Shown: in pieces, positions 9,876 through 20,272 of the stretch
Layout of the letters: the number at the start of each line of letters is the position of its first letter
How positions within the stretch are numbered: the first letter of the stretch is position 1
Source of the DNA: Candidatus Deferrimicrobiaceae bacterium
Lineage (GTDB): Bacteria > Desulfobacterota > Deferrimicrobia > Deferrimicrobiales > Deferrimicrobiaceae
Direction: 5' to 3'
Length of the DNA stretch: 64,000 nucleotides
Assembly (NCBI GenBank): GCA_963792415.1
Contig: CAWBVY010000007.1
Coordinates: forward strand, 160,001-224,000
Notes under the pieces: generated by a model
The model's database searches: none
What the model was told of the DNA's origin: nothing
Seen by the model: only the letters and a program-made list of their open reading frames with translations
Translations under genes and position numbers: made by a program

Positions 9876-10988
9876 CTACCGGACGAGGATCGTCGGGACG
9901 ACGGACATTCCGATCCGCAGGATGTGGGCCGGATCCTCCCCTCGCGAAAGGACGATCTTCACCGGGACGCGCTGCACGACCTTCACGTAATTCCCCGAGG
10001 CGTTCTCCGACGGAAAAAGTGCGAAGGCGGAGCCGGTCCCCGCCATGATGCTGTCGACCCTTCCCTTGAATTTCCTTCCCTTGAACGTGTCCACGCGGAC
10101 CTCGACCTCCTGCCCCGGGCGGATCCGCTCGATGTCGGTCTCCTTGTAGTTCGCCACCACCCACACGTTGTCCAGGGCCGCCACGGCCAGGAGCGACTGG
10201 CCGGGGGAAACGACCTGGCCCGCCTCGACGCTTTTCCGGGTGACGTATCCGTCCGCCGGGGAGAGGACCGTGGTGTAGCGGTGGTACAGCTTCGTCTCCG
10301 CGAGGGCGGACTCCCGCTGGCGGAGTTGGGCTTGCTGCTGGGCTACGCGAGCCTCGCGCTGTGCGATCTGCGCCTCCTGGGTGGGGATCGCCGCCTCCGC
10401 GAGGAGCAGTTCCTCCTTCGCCAGGTCGTCCTGCGCCTTCGCGGTTTCCGCGTCCGTCTGCGCCTTTTCGAACGCCTCGCGGCTGACCACCTGCTTCTCG
10501 AAGAGTTGCTTCATGCGGACCGCGTCCCGGGACGCCTGCGAAAGGCGCGCCGCGGAAAAGGCGGTCCTCGCGCGGGCCGCCTTGATCCCGGCCGAAATCT
10601 GCGTGAGCTGCGCCTTGGCCGCCTCCAAGTCCTTGCGCGCGGCGACGAGGTCCGCCGCCCCCCCGGAGACGGCGGAGACCGCGGCGGATTCCCGGACGGC
10701 GAACGGCTCCGGGTCGATCCGGAGGAGGGGATCCCCCGCCCTGACGGGCTGGTTGTCCCTCACCCGAACCTCCGTCACCTTCCCCTGGACGCGGGCGGAG
10801 ACCAAGTGGATCCTCCCGTCGATATAGGCGTCGTCGGTGCTCACGTGGGTCTGGCGGTACTGCCAGTAGGCGAAGCCGGCGATCACCGTAACGGCGAGGA
10901 CGAAGAGAAACAGGCCGATCGCCTTCCGTTTCCGGTTGTTCCGGGGCGGCGGGCTGTCCGCCGGGGGTGTCGGGGGTGCGTCGGCCAT
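9876..10988 (-). CDS. emrA: HlyD/EmrA membrane fusion protein
   Basis: STDDAYIDG, VVANYKET and ENASGNYVKVVQRVPVKI. Confidence 0.92.
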   Translation of the reverse strand: MADAPPTPPADSPPPRNNRKRKAIGLFLFVLAVTVIAGFAYWQYRQTHVSTDDAYIDGRIHLVSARVQGKVTEVRVRDNQPVRAGDPLLRIDPEPFAVRESAAVSAVSGGAADLVAARKDLEAAKAQLTQISAGIKAARARTAFSAARLSQASRDAVRMKQLFEKQVVSREAFEKAQTDAETAKAQDDLAKEELLLAEAAIPTQEAQIAQREARVAQQQAQLRQRESALAETKLYHRYTTVLSPADGYVTRKSVEAGQVVSPGQSLLAVAALDNVWVVANYKETDIERIRPGQEVEVRVDTFKGRKFKGRVDSIMAGTGSAFALFPSENASGNYVKVVQRVPVKIVLSRGEDPAHILRIGMSVVPTILVR

Positions 10989-11001
10989 CTTCTCCCCTCC
11001 C

Positions 11002-12312
11002 TTAGCGGCCCATCGCCCGCAGGAGCGAGGCGTGGGACACGGCGAAGTCGAACGCCGTGTTGATGGTGTCGGTTTCGGAGCGGACCATCTGCGCCTGCGC
11101 GTCGGTCATCTCGATGATGTCCCCCGCGCCGACCTCGTATCGGGCCGTGGCGAGGCGGAGATTCTCCTCCGCGGCATCCCGCTGCTTCTTCCTCGCCGAA
11201 AGCCGCTCCTGCGCTTCCTGGACGCTGTACGCGGACACCTGCACCTGGAGCCGGACCTGGCGCTTCGTCTCGATCAATTCGTACTGCGTGGAGGAAATCG
11301 TGGCCAGCGCCTCCTTGGCCTGCTCCCGTGTCTGGAATCCGGAGAAGAGCGGGTAGTTCAGCGTGACGGCGAGCCCGTAGTTCTGCTGGAGGGGGACCTC
11401 CTCCGCCCCGTAGCCGTACCCGGCGGATCCCAGGAGGAACGGGAGGTACCCCGCCTTCGCGAGCCGATGCGATTCGGTCGCGGCCCGCTCCTTCTCGGCC
11501 AGCGCGCGGAGTTCCGGCCGGTTCCGCTCCGCCTCGTCGACCCAGTCCTGGAGGGTGCCGGGAAGCGAAAACTCGGGAAGAGCGCCGGAGAGCCGGAAGT
11601 CCGCGGGGCCGTCGAGGCCGATCCGCTGCAGCAGCGTGACCCGCGCGACCCGGAGCCCGTTCTCCGCCTGGCTCAGCTGGGCCCGCGCGTCGTACAGGTT
11701 CGCCTCGGCCCGGACCACGTCGATCTTCGCCCGGACGCCGGCCTCGTAGAAGGCGGACGCCTGCCGGTAGAGCGCCTCCTGCTGCCGGAGGTTCTCCCGC
11801 TGGAACTCCACCGTCTTTTCCGCCCGCAGGACGTTGTAGAACGCGACCGTCGCCACGAAGGCCACGTCCTCCCGCGTCGTGGCGGCGACCTCGCGACTGA
11901 CCGCGGCGTTCGCGTCGGCGCGGCCGACCGAGGCGCCGGTCCGCCCGAAGTCGTACAGCATCCAGTTGAGGTCTCCCCGGGCGAACTCGCCCGGCGTGGT
12001 GACGCTCTCGTTCGTCGTCGTATTGAGGGTCCGCTGGCGGGTGTAGCCGGCGGACAGATTGACCCAGGGATACCAGGCCGACTGCGCCTGCCCCTTTCTC
12101 GCCACCGCCGCGGCGACGTCCGCGTCGGACTGCAGGATCAGCGGATGGTTCTGCAGGGCCGTCGACGTCACGTCGGCGAGCGTCCACGTCACGCTCCCTT
12201 CGGGGAGGCGGGCGGGCGGGACGGCCGCGTTGTCGGCCGCGCGGGCGGATGCGGCGATCGCGGCCAGGGCCAGGAGTGGTGCGGCGATTCGGATAAAGGC
12301 GCGTGGGGTCAC
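11002..12312 (-). CDS. TolC-family outer membrane efflux protein
   Basis: Signal peptide; two OEP repeats (LYDFGRT, PLFSGF, RYEVG). Confidence 0.9.
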   Translation of the reverse strand: MTPRAFIRIAAPLLALAAIAASARAADNAAVPPARLPEGSVTWTLADVTSTALQNHPLILQSDADVAAAVARKGQAQSAWYPWVNLSAGYTRQRTLNTTTNESVTTPGEFARGDLNWMLYDFGRTGASVGRADANAAVSREVAATTREDVAFVATVAFYNVLRAEKTVEFQRENLRQQEALYRQASAFYEAGVRAKIDVVRAEANLYDARAQLSQAENGLRVARVTLLQRIGLDGPADFRLSGALPEFSLPGTLQDWVDEAERNRPELRALAEKERAATESHRLAKAGYLPFLLGSAGYGYGAEEVPLQQNYGLAVTLNYPLFSGFQTREQAKEALATISSTQYELIETKRQVRLQVQVSAYSVQEAQERLSARKKQRDAAEENLRLATARYEVGAGDIIEMTDAQAQMVRSETDTINTAFDFAVSHASLLRAMGR

Positions 12313-12334
12313 GGCGTCCTCCCGGTGAATGGTG

Positions 12335-12354
12335 CCGAGTGAGTGCTCAGTCGG
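12335..12354. promoter_or_regulatory. Inverted repeat, candidate TetR operator for the tolC-emrA-emrB-tetR operon
   Basis: CCGAGTGAG-TG-CTCAGTCGG near-perfect palindrome between the promoter and the start codon. Confidence 0.55.
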
Positions 12355-12362
12355 TATCGCCC

Positions 12363-12392
12363 ATCGTAGGAGGGGTGTCGCGGTCCTGTCAA
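12363..12392 (-). promoter_or_regulatory. Sigma70-like promoter for the tolC-emrAB operon
   Basis: TTGACA-18 nt-TACGAT on the minus strand. Confidence 0.55.
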
Positions 12393-12420
12393 GGGTCGTG
12401 GCGTTTCGCGATTCGCATCC

Positions 12421-12474
12421 TTGACAACGCGATGCGTCGTTCTATAAATTGACAGGTAATTCATTTTGTGAATT
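12421..12474 (+). promoter_or_regulatory. Sigma70-like promoter and candidate operator for the tetR-acrAB-oprM operon
   Basis: TTGACA-16 nt-TATAAA, then inverted repeat AATTCA-N5-TGAATT at 12458-12474. Confidence 0.55.
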
Positions 12475-12499
12475 TATCGTTCACGTTCGGAGGCCGGCG

Positions 12500-13123
12500 A
12501 TGGAAGGCAGGGAGCTCCCGAGGCGGGAAAGGGAGAGGCTGGCGCAACGTCAGGAGATGCTCTCCGCCGCGCTCGGGCTTTTCTCGGAGAAGGGCTTCCG
12601 CCACGTTTCCATGCAGGAGATCGCGGAGAAGTCCGAGTTCGCGATCGGTACGCTCTACAAGTTCTTCCGGGGCAAGGAGGACCTCTACAAGGCCCTTATC
12701 AGGGAGCAGGTCGATACGTTCGAGGAGGCGCTCAAGCTCGCGATCGGCGGGCCGGACCAGGAGATTGAGAAACTACGCAATTACGTCAAGACCAAGGGCG
12801 AGCTCTTCCGTTCCAACGTGTCCATGATCCGTCTCTATTTTGCCGAGACCCAGGGAGCGAGCTTCAACATCAAGGCGGGACTCGATTCCGAGCTCCGGGA
12901 ACGGTACGCGAATTTCTTGATAATACTTGCCTCGGTATTTGAGAGCGGGATGAAAAGGAAACGGTTCCGGAAGATCGCCGACCCGCACTCTCTGGCCGTA
13001 GCCCTCGATAGCATCACCAACGCCTTTCTTCTTTTGTGGCTTGAAGAGCCCGGGCGCCATCCTTTCCCGGAAGACCCCGACGATATCTTGAACCTTCTCT
13101 TCAAGGGACTGCTGGAGCCGTGA
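12500..13123 (+). CDS. TetR/AcrR-family regulator
   Basis: HTH IAEKSEFAIGTLYKFFRGKE; GGAGG RBS before ATG 12500. Confidence 0.92.
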   Translation: MEGRELPRRERERLAQRQEMLSAALGLFSEKGFRHVSMQEIAEKSEFAIGTLYKFFRGKEDLYKALIREQVDTFEEALKLAIGGPDQEIEKLRNYVKTKGELFRSNVSMIRLYFAETQGASFNIKAGLDSELRERYANFLIILASVFESGMKRKRFRKIADPHSLAVALDSITNAFLLLWLEEPGRHPFPEDPDDILNLLFKGLLEP

Positions 13124-13184
13124 GCCGGACAGGAGGTTTGCCGATGTATCGCAGGAACCTCAATGGGCATTTCGGAGGCCTCGA

Positions 13185-14354
13185 ATGAAACGGAAGGGAA
13201 TCTGTAAAGATCCACTGAAATTCCTCGCGTTGGCAATGGTTCTGTCGGTCGGCCTTTCGTCGGGAGGCTGCGGCGGCCAGAAACAATCCCCGCCGCCTCC
13301 CGGTGTCCCGGAAGTGGCGGTGGTGACGGTCCGCCCGGAACCGGTCGAGCTGATCACGGAATTGCCGGGGCGTACGTCCGCTTACCGCGTCGCGGAGATC
13401 CGGCCACAGGTCAACGGCCTTATCCAGAAACGTCTGTTCAGGGAAGGTTCCGACGTCAATGCCGCCCAGGTGCTCTACCAGATCGATCCGGCCCCCTATC
13501 AATCGGCGCTCACGAACGCCGAGGCCGCCCTTTCCAGGGCGGAAGCCAATCTGCCGGCGATCCGGTCGAGGATGGAACGGTACAAGGACCTGATTTCCGA
13601 CAAGGCGGTCAGCCAGCAGGATTACGACGACGTCGCGGCGGCCGTGAAGCAGGCCGAGGCCGAGGTCGAGTCCTGGAAGGCGGCGGTGGAGACCGCCCGC
13701 ATCAACCTGGCGTATACCCGGGTCACCGCGCCGATATTCGGCCGCATCGGCCGATCCGCCGTGACGGAAGGCGCCCTGGCGACGGCCCACCAGCCCCTGG
13801 CCCTGGCGACCATCCAGCAGCTCGATCCCATCTATGTGGACGTCCCCCAATCCACCGCCGAGCTGCTGCGATTGAAGGTCCGCCTGAAGGCCGGCCATCT
13901 CGATCGGAGCGGAAAGGAACAGAAGAAGGTCCGACTCCTTCTGGAGGACGGCACGACGTATCCGGAGGAAGGGACGCTCGAGTTCCAGGACGTCACGGTG
14001 GACCCGACGACCGGATCCGTCATCCTGCGGGCCGTTTTTCCGAATCCGCAAGGAGTTCTCCTGCCCGGCATGTTCGCGCGGGCGGTGGTGAAGGAAGGCG
14101 TGAACCGGCAGGCCATCCTGATCCCCCAGCAGTCCGTGTCGCGCGATCGGAAGGGGGATCCGTCCGTCCTGATCGTGGATGCCGGTGGGACGGTGCAGCC
14201 CCGGATGATCGAAATCGATCGGGCCATCGGCGACAAATGGCTCGTCTCGTCGGGTCTTTCCGCCGGCGATCGGGTGATCGTGGAGGGACTGCAGAGGGCG
14301 CGCCCCGGCGCTTCCGTGAAGATCGTTCCTTTCGAAGCCGCGAAACCGAAGTAA
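13185..14354 (+). CDS. acrA: RND periplasmic adaptor (AcrA/MexA-like)
   Basis: Lipoprotein signal; ELPGRTSAYRVAEIRPQVNG and LAYTRVTAPIFGRIG. Confidence 0.93.
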   Translation: MKRKGICKDPLKFLALAMVLSVGLSSGGCGGQKQSPPPPGVPEVAVVTVRPEPVELITELPGRTSAYRVAEIRPQVNGLIQKRLFREGSDVNAAQVLYQIDPAPYQSALTNAEAALSRAEANLPAIRSRMERYKDLISDKAVSQQDYDDVAAAVKQAEAEVESWKAAVETARINLAYTRVTAPIFGRIGRSAVTEGALATAHQPLALATIQQLDPIYVDVPQSTAELLRLKVRLKAGHLDRSGKEQKKVRLLLEDGTTYPEEGTLEFQDVTVDPTTGSVILRAVFPNPQGVLLPGMFARAVVKEGVNRQAILIPQQSVSRDRKGDPSVLIVDAGGTVQPRMIEIDRAIGDKWLVSSGLSAGDRVIVEGLQRARPGASVKIVPFEAAKPK

Positions 14355-14366
14355 CGGAGGAGGCAG

Positions 14367-17300
14367 ATGTTATCGAAATTCTTCCTGGATCGTCCGGTCT
14401 TCGCCTGGGTCATCGCCATCATCATGATGGTCGCGGGCGGGCTGGCGATCTACAATCTGCCGATATCGCAGTATCCCCCCATCGCCCCGCCGTCCATCGC
14501 CATCGACTCCTTCTACCCGGGCGCCTCGGCGGAGACCGTCGAAGACAGCGTGACGCAGATCATCGAGCAGAAGATGACCGGCTTCGACGACATGCTGTAT
14601 CTCTCCGGCACGAGCGATTCGGCCGGCGCCTCCCGCGTCGAATTGACCTTCAAGGCGGGCACCAATCCGGACCTGGCCTGGGCCAAGGTGCAGAACAAGC
14701 TCCAGCTCGCCATGGCCAGCCTCCCGGACGTGGTCCAGCGCTCGGGGGTCATGGTCAGCAAATCGACGAGGAATTACCTGATCATCGTGGGCCTGATCTC
14801 GGAAGACGGCAGCATGGACGGGAACGACCTCCGGGACTATTCCCAGTCGAACCTGGAAAAAGTGATGGCGCGCGTTCCCGGGGTCGGGGAGGTCGTGAAT
14901 TTCGGTTCGCAGTATTCGATGCGCGTCTGGCTGAACCCCGACAGGCTCACCGATTACAAGCTGACCGTGAACGACGTGCTGCAGGCGCTGCGCGCCTACA
15001 ACGTGGAGGTCTCCGCCGGCCAGTTCGGCGGGACGCCGGCGGTGAAAGGCCAGCGCCTGAACGTTTCGATCATCGTCCAGAACCTGCTCAAGACCCCGGA
15101 GGAGTTCGCCGCCATCCCCGTTCGCACCAATCCGGACGGCTCCGTCGTCCGGGTCAGGGACGTGGGACGGACGGAGCTGGGGACCGAGTTCTACGATGTC
15201 CAGGCTTTCTACAACGGCAAACCGGCGGCGGCGATGGCCATCCGTCAGGCGCCCGGCGCCAACGCGCTGGACACCGCCAACGCCGTCAGGAAGAAAATGG
15301 AGGAGATGAGCCGCTACTTCCCGCGGGGGATGAAGGTCGTCTATCCCTACGACACGACGCCTTTCGTCCGGGTGGCCATCAACGAGGTGGTCAAGACCCT
15401 GTTCGAGGCGATCCTCCTGGTCTTCCTGGTCATGTACCTCTTCATGGGAAACATCCGGGCAACGCTGATCCCGACCATCGCCGTCCCGGTGGTCCTCCTG
15501 GGCACCTTCGCCGTGCTGGGCCTGTTCGGGTTTTCCATCAACATGCTGACCATGTTCGCCATGGTGCTGGCCATCGGCCTGTTGGTCGACGACGCGATCG
15601 TGGTGGTGGAGAACGTGGAACGGATCATGAGCGAGGAGGGGCTTTCTCCCCGGGAAGCCACCGCGAAGTCGATGGAGCAGATCACCAGCGCCCTGATCGG
15701 AATCGGGCTCGTGCTCTCGGCCGTCTTCGGCCCGATGGCCTTCTTCGGCGGTTCGACCGGCGTCATTTACCGCCAGTTTTCCGTCACCATCATCGCCTCC
15801 ATGCTCCTGTCGGTGGTGGTGGCGTTGATCCTCACACCGGTCCTGTGCGCCTCGCTCCTGAAGCCGGTCCCCAAGGGACACGAGGCGGCGGAAACCGGAC
15901 TTCCCTTTCTGCGCCCGTTCTTTCGCGGGTTCGACCGCGTCTTTTTCGGGATCCGGGACCGGTACGTGGGAGTGGTCCGGCACTCCCTTTCCAGGAAAGC
16001 GGGCTACCTGGCGGTTTACCTTCTGCTCGTCGGCGTGGTCGGCTTCCTGCTGCTGCGGTTGCCCACCGCCTACCTTCCCGATGAGGATCAGGGGATCCTT
16101 CTCTCCCAGATCCTCATGCCGACCGGCAGCACGCTGGATCAGACGCAGGCGGTCGCGGATGAAGTCCAGCGCCACTTTCAGGAGAACGAAAAAAAGTCGG
16201 TGCAATCCATTCTGACGATTTCCGGCATCGGATTCTCCGGGAGGGCGCAGAACAACGGCATGGTGTTCGCCATGATGAAGGACTGGAAATTGCGCGAGCG
16301 GCCGGGCCTGAAGGCGCAGGCCGTTGCCGGAAGGGTCATGGCGGCTTTTTCGGGGTACCGCAAGGCGATGGTCTTCGCCTTCCCGCCGCCCGCGGTCGTG
16401 GAGCTGGGGAACGCCCGGGGGATCGATTTCCAGTTGATGGATCGCGGGGGGCTCGGTCACGCCGCACTGATGAACGCCCGCAACCAGCTTCTCGGCATGG
16501 CGGCGAAGGACCCGAGGTTGACGAAGGTCCGGCCCAACGGCATGGAGGACGTCCCCGAATACCGTGTCGACGTGGACTGGGAGAAGGCGGGCGCCCTCGG
16601 GGTGCCCATCGCCTCCATTCACGAAACGATCGGGGCGGCCTTCGGCAGTTCCTACGTCAACGACTTCATCCAGGCAGGGCGCGTCAAGCGGGTGTACCTC
16701 CAGGCCGATGCCCCGTACCGCATGCTGCCGAAGGACCTGGAGAAACTCTACGTGCGGAGTGCGGCGGGGACGATGGTGCCCTTCGCCTCGTTCGCATCCA
16801 CCCGCTGGACGACCGGTTCCCCCCGGCTGGAGCGTTTCAACGGGTTCCCGTCGATGAGCATCTGGGGCGAGCCGGCGCCGGGCAGGAGTTCCGGCGAGGC
16901 GATGCGGGCCATGGAAGAGATCACCGCGAAGCTGCCCAAGGGGATCGGCTTCGACTGGAACGGGCTTTCCTACCAGGAGCGGATGACGACGGCCCAGGGG
17001 CCGATCCTTTACGCCTTCTCCATCCTGGTGATCTTCCTTTGCGTGGCGGCCTTGTACGAAAGCTGGACCATCCCCTTCGTCAACCTGCTGATGCTGCCGC
17101 TGGGGGTGTTCGGGGCGGTGCTGGCGACCACTTCGCGGGGATTTCCCAACGATGTCTATTTCCAGATCGGATTCCTGACGACGCTGGGGCTTTCGACGAA
17201 GAACGCCATCCTGATCATCCAGTTCATCAAGGAGCAGCTGCGGCACGGGGCGGAGCTGACCGAGGCCACGCTCGCGGCGGTCAAAATACGTTTCCGCCCG

Positions 17301-17528
17301 GTCATCATGACGTCGCTGGCGTTTTTCTTCGGCACGCTGCCGCTGGCAATCGCCGCCGGCGCCGGCGCCGGCGCCATGAACGCCATCGGGACCGCGGTCA
17401 CCGGAGGGATGCTCTCGGCCACGTTCATCGACCTGATCTTCATCCCGTTGTTCTTCGTCGTCATCTCCCGGCTGTTCGCGAAAAAGCAGCCCGGGCCCGC
17501 TTCCACCGATGCCCCGGAGGTGGGCTGA
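14367..17528 (+). CDS. acrB: HAE1 RND efflux permease (AcrB/MexB-like)
   Basis: FFLDRPVFAWVIAI, GLLVDDAIVVVENVER, GLSTKNAILI and RFRPVIMTS. Confidence 0.95.
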   Translation: MLSKFFLDRPVFAWVIAIIMMVAGGLAIYNLPISQYPPIAPPSIAIDSFYPGASAETVEDSVTQIIEQKMTGFDDMLYLSGTSDSAGASRVELTFKAGTNPDLAWAKVQNKLQLAMASLPDVVQRSGVMVSKSTRNYLIIVGLISEDGSMDGNDLRDYSQSNLEKVMARVPGVGEVVNFGSQYSMRVWLNPDRLTDYKLTVNDVLQALRAYNVEVSAGQFGGTPAVKGQRLNVSIIVQNLLKTPEEFAAIPVRTNPDGSVVRVRDVGRTELGTEFYDVQAFYNGKPAAAMAIRQAPGANALDTANAVRKKMEEMSRYFPRGMKVVYPYDTTPFVRVAINEVVKTLFEAILLVFLVMYLFMGNIRATLIPTIAVPVVLLGTFAVLGLFGFSINMLTMFAMVLAIGLLVDDAIVVVENVERIMSEEGLSPREATAKSMEQITSALIGIGLVLSAVFGPMAFFGGSTGVIYRQFSVTIIASMLLSVVVALILTPVLCASLLKPVPKGHEAAETGLPFLRPFFRGFDRVFFGIRDRYVGVVRHSLSRKAGYLAVYLLLVGVVGFLLLRLPTAYLPDEDQGILLSQILMPTGSTLDQTQAVADEVQRHFQENEKKSVQSILTISGIGFSGRAQNNGMVFAMMKDWKLRERPGLKAQAVAGRVMAAFSGYRKAMVFAFPPPAVVELGNARGIDFQLMDRGGLGHAALMNARNQLLGMAAKDPRLTKVRPNGMEDVPEYRVDVDWEKAGALGVPIASIHETIGAAFGSSYVNDFIQAGRVKRVYLQADAPYRMLPKDLEKLYVRSAAGTMVPFASFASTRWTTGSPRLERFNGFPSMSIWGEPAPGRSSGEAMRAMEEITAKLPKGIGFDWNGLSYQERMTTAQGPILYAFSILVIFLCVAALYESWTIPFVNLLMLPLGVFGAVLATTSRGFPNDVYFQIGFLTTLGLSTKNAILIIQFIKEQLRHGAELTEATLAAVKIRFRPVIMTSLAFFFGTLPLAIAAGAGAGAMNAIGTAVTGGMLSATFIDLIFIPLFFVVISRLFAKKQPGPASTDAPEVG

Positions 17529-17529
17529 C

Positions 17530-18960
17530 ATGCGAAGGATGAAGACGGTCCTGTTCCTCTCTCTGGGAGGGTTTCTCTTTCTCTGCGGTTGCTCCATGAC
17601 CCCGGAATACATGCGCCCTGAAGCCCCGGTCCCCGCCGCCTGGCCGACCGGCGCCGCATACGATAACGCGCAGGCCTCGCCCGGAACGCCGGCGGCGGTC
17701 GAGGTCCCTTGGCGGGAATATTTCACCGACGACCGGCTCCGGAAGGTCATCGAAACGGCGTTGTGGAACAACCGCGACCTTCGGGTCGCCGCCCTGAACG
17801 TCGAAAGGGCGCGCGCGGTGTACGGCATCGCGCGCGCCGACCTCTTGCCGACGATCGAAGCAACGGGCCGGGGGGGCAGGCAGGGCGTGCCCGCCGATCT
17901 TTCGCTCTTCGGTACCTCGGGGACTGTCTCGGAATACAACGTCAATCTCGGGATCAGCTCGTGGGAAATCGATTTCTTCGGCCGCATCCGCAGCCTGAAG
18001 GACAAGGCGCTCGAGGAGTACTTCGCCACCGAGCAGGCGCGCCGCGGCGCGCAGATCCTCCTGGTGTCCGGGGTCGCCAATGCGTACCTGGCCTTCGCCG
18101 CGGACCGGGAAACCCTCCAGCTGGCCCAATCCACCCTGGATACCCAGCAGGCCGCCTACAATTTGATCCGGAGGCGGTACGACGTCGGGCTCTCGACCGA
18201 ACTGGACCTTCGCCAGGCGCAGACGAGAGTGGATGCGGCCAGGGTGGATATCGCCCTCTACTCCCGGTTGGTCGCTCAAGACGAAAACGCCCTGGACCTT
18301 CTGGTCGGATCGAGGGTGCCGGCAGAGCTGTTGCCGGACAACCTGACCCTCGTAACTCCTCCAAGGGAGATTTCTCCCGGAATTTCGTCCGAGGTGCTCC
18401 TTCTCCGGCCGGATATCCTGCAGGCGGAGAGTCTGCTCAAGGCCGCCAACGCCAACATCGGCGCGGCCCGCGCGGCCCTCTTCCCCCGCATCTCCCTGAC
18501 GACCGCCTTCGGGACGGCGAGCAGCGAACTGTCGGGGCTGTTCAAACCCGGTTCGGAAAGCTGGAACTTCTTCCCGCAGATCGTCGTTCCGATCTTCGAC
18601 GCCCGCGCATGGTCGGCGCTGGATGCGATCAAGGTGGAACAGGAAATCGCCGTGGCCCAGTACGAGAAAGCCATCCAGACGGCCTTCAGGGAAGTGGCCG
18701 ATGGCCTTGCCGTGCGGGGCACGGTGGAGGACCAGTTGTCGGCGCAGCGATCCCTGGTCGAAGCGGCATCGGTGACCTATCGTCTTTCCAACGCGCGTTA
18801 CACAAAGGGGATCGACAGCTTCCTGGGCGTCCTCGACGCGCAGCGCTCGCTCTACGCGGCGCAGCAGGGGCTGATCTCCGTCCGCCTGACGAGGTTCGCC
18901 AACCAGGTGAGGCTTTACGCGGTATTGGGCGGAGGGGGCGACCCGGCCGTGCCGCGATGA
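17530..18960 (+). CDS. OprM/NodT-family outer membrane lipoprotein
   Basis: Lipobox LCGC; SWEIDFFGRIRSL, RPDILQAE and ARAALFPRISLT. Confidence 0.92.
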   Translation: MRRMKTVLFLSLGGFLFLCGCSMTPEYMRPEAPVPAAWPTGAAYDNAQASPGTPAAVEVPWREYFTDDRLRKVIETALWNNRDLRVAALNVERARAVYGIARADLLPTIEATGRGGRQGVPADLSLFGTSGTVSEYNVNLGISSWEIDFFGRIRSLKDKALEEYFATEQARRGAQILLVSGVANAYLAFAADRETLQLAQSTLDTQQAAYNLIRRRYDVGLSTELDLRQAQTRVDAARVDIALYSRLVAQDENALDLLVGSRVPAELLPDNLTLVTPPREISPGISSEVLLLRPDILQAESLLKAANANIGAARAALFPRISLTTAFGTASSELSGLFKPGSESWNFFPQIVVPIFDARAWSALDAIKVEQEIAVAQYEKAIQTAFREVADGLAVRGTVEDQLSAQRSLVEAASVTYRLSNARYTKGIDSFLGVLDAQRSLYAAQQGLISVRLTRFANQVRLYAVLGGGGDPAVPR

Positions 18961-18973
18961 CCTTTCCGGGGAG

Positions 18974-20272
18974 TTACCTGTCGAACCCGTCGTAGCCCCG
19001 GCCGGTCTCCGACACCGAGGTTTCGATGCTCAGGAGCTTCGGCCCCTGCTTGATCCGGAAGTGGCCGTCCACCGTCTCCCAGATCCAGCCGGAGTAGCCG
19101 TAGCCCCCCACCGCCTTGACCACGAAGGCCCCTTTCCACGAATCGGTCCTCGTCCGGTTGAGCGCGACCGTGCCGAACTTCCCGAAGGTGTAGGCCGGCA
19201 CCGGGTGGCAGTACGGTTCGCCCGCGAGCTCGCCGGCCGCCTCTTCCGCCTCCTTTCCGCCGAAAAGGGCGGCCCGCAGCCCATACTTGTGTCCCTTCGC
19301 CCGCCGGACGACCTCCTCCTTCGTGTCGAAGGGCGTGGTGAAGGCCACGGGGCCGAAGACCTCCTCGCGCATGCCGGACATGACGTCCGTGGCGTCCCGC
19401 ACGACGGTGGGGTGGATCAGGTTCCCCTCGATCGTTCCGCCGTAGACGACCCTTGCCCCCATCGCCACCGCTTCCTTGAGCTGCTCCCGGATCCGGGCAA
19501 CGGCCAGGCGGCTCGCCACCGGCGAGATCTCCGTCCGCGGGTCTTCCGGGGGGCCGACCACGAGCCGGGCGGTCCGTTCAACGAACCGTTCCAGGAATTC
19601 CCCGTAGATCGAACGGTGGATGAAGATCCGCTTCGGAGCGGTGCAGGTCTGGCCGGAATACATGAATTTCGCCGTGACCAGGTCGGAGAGGGCGAGATCG
19701 AGGTCGGCATCGGGGAAGACGATGAAGGGATCCTGCCCCGCCCCCTCGAAGACCATCTTTTTCCCCGCCTCCCGGAAGGCCGACTCGTACGCCAGGAAAT
19801 TGACGTCCGACCCGAAGACGACCACCGCGGAGACGGCGGGGTCCTTGAGCGCCTCTTCCAGGACCTTCTTCCCGCTTTCCCGGGAAAAGTGGACGTCGTC
19901 GCCGAAGATGGGCTTGTAGATCGACTCGGTGAGGGCGGAAAGGCCGGAGCCCTTCGAGGAGAACTTGACGCTCACGCGGTTTCCCACCATGTAGATCGAG
20001 GTGATCGCGGTGTTGAGCCAGGCGCTGCCGTTATAGGAGAGCATGAGGGCGACGGTCGATCCTTCCCCGCCCAGAGGTCTCCTGCCCTCGAGCAGGGGCC
20101 TGGCCTCGGCGTACATCTTCAGGCGGTCGAGGGAGGTGTCCACCTCCAGTGCGGTGTCCCTTCTGGTGAACTGGATGTCCTTGACCGCCCGCTTGAGGAA
20201 CTCTTCCCTGTGCGCCCGGATGCTGTCGCCCAGGTCGAGGACCTTCCGGAACCGTTCGTCGTACGGTGTCAC
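18974..20272 (-). CDS. Aldehyde dehydrogenase-family protein (divergent)
   Basis: SGQTC catalytic Cys, EEVFGP and YGL; GTG start overlaps the MFS stop (GTGA). Confidence 0.8.
   Translation of the reverse strand: MTPYDERFRKVLDLGDSIRAHREEFLKRAVKDIQFTRRDTALEVDTSLDRLKMYAEARPLLEGRRPLGGEGSTVALMLSYNGSAWLNTAITSIYMVGNRVSVKFSSKGSGLSALTESIYKPIFGDDVHFSRESGKKVLEEALKDPAVSAVVVFGSDVNFLAYESAFREAGKKMVFEGAGQDPFIVFPDADLDLALSDLVTAKFMYSGQTCTAPKRIFIHRSIYGEFLERFVERTARLVVGPPEDPRTEISPVASRLAVARIREQLKEAVAMGARVVYGGTIEGNLIHPTVVRDATDVMSGMREEVFGPVAFTTPFDTKEEVVRRAKGHKYGLRAALFGGKEAEEAAGELAGEPYCHPVPAYTFGKFGTVALNRTRTDSWKGAFVVKAVGGYGYSGWIWETVDGHFRIKQGPKLLSIETSVSETGRGYDGFDR

Noticed and set aside
14370-18134. Very long antisense or alternate-frame ORFs (for example 1254 aa here, 8232-11063 and 45015-47897)
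   Set aside because: Shadow ORFs of real genes in high-GC DNA; no family motifs
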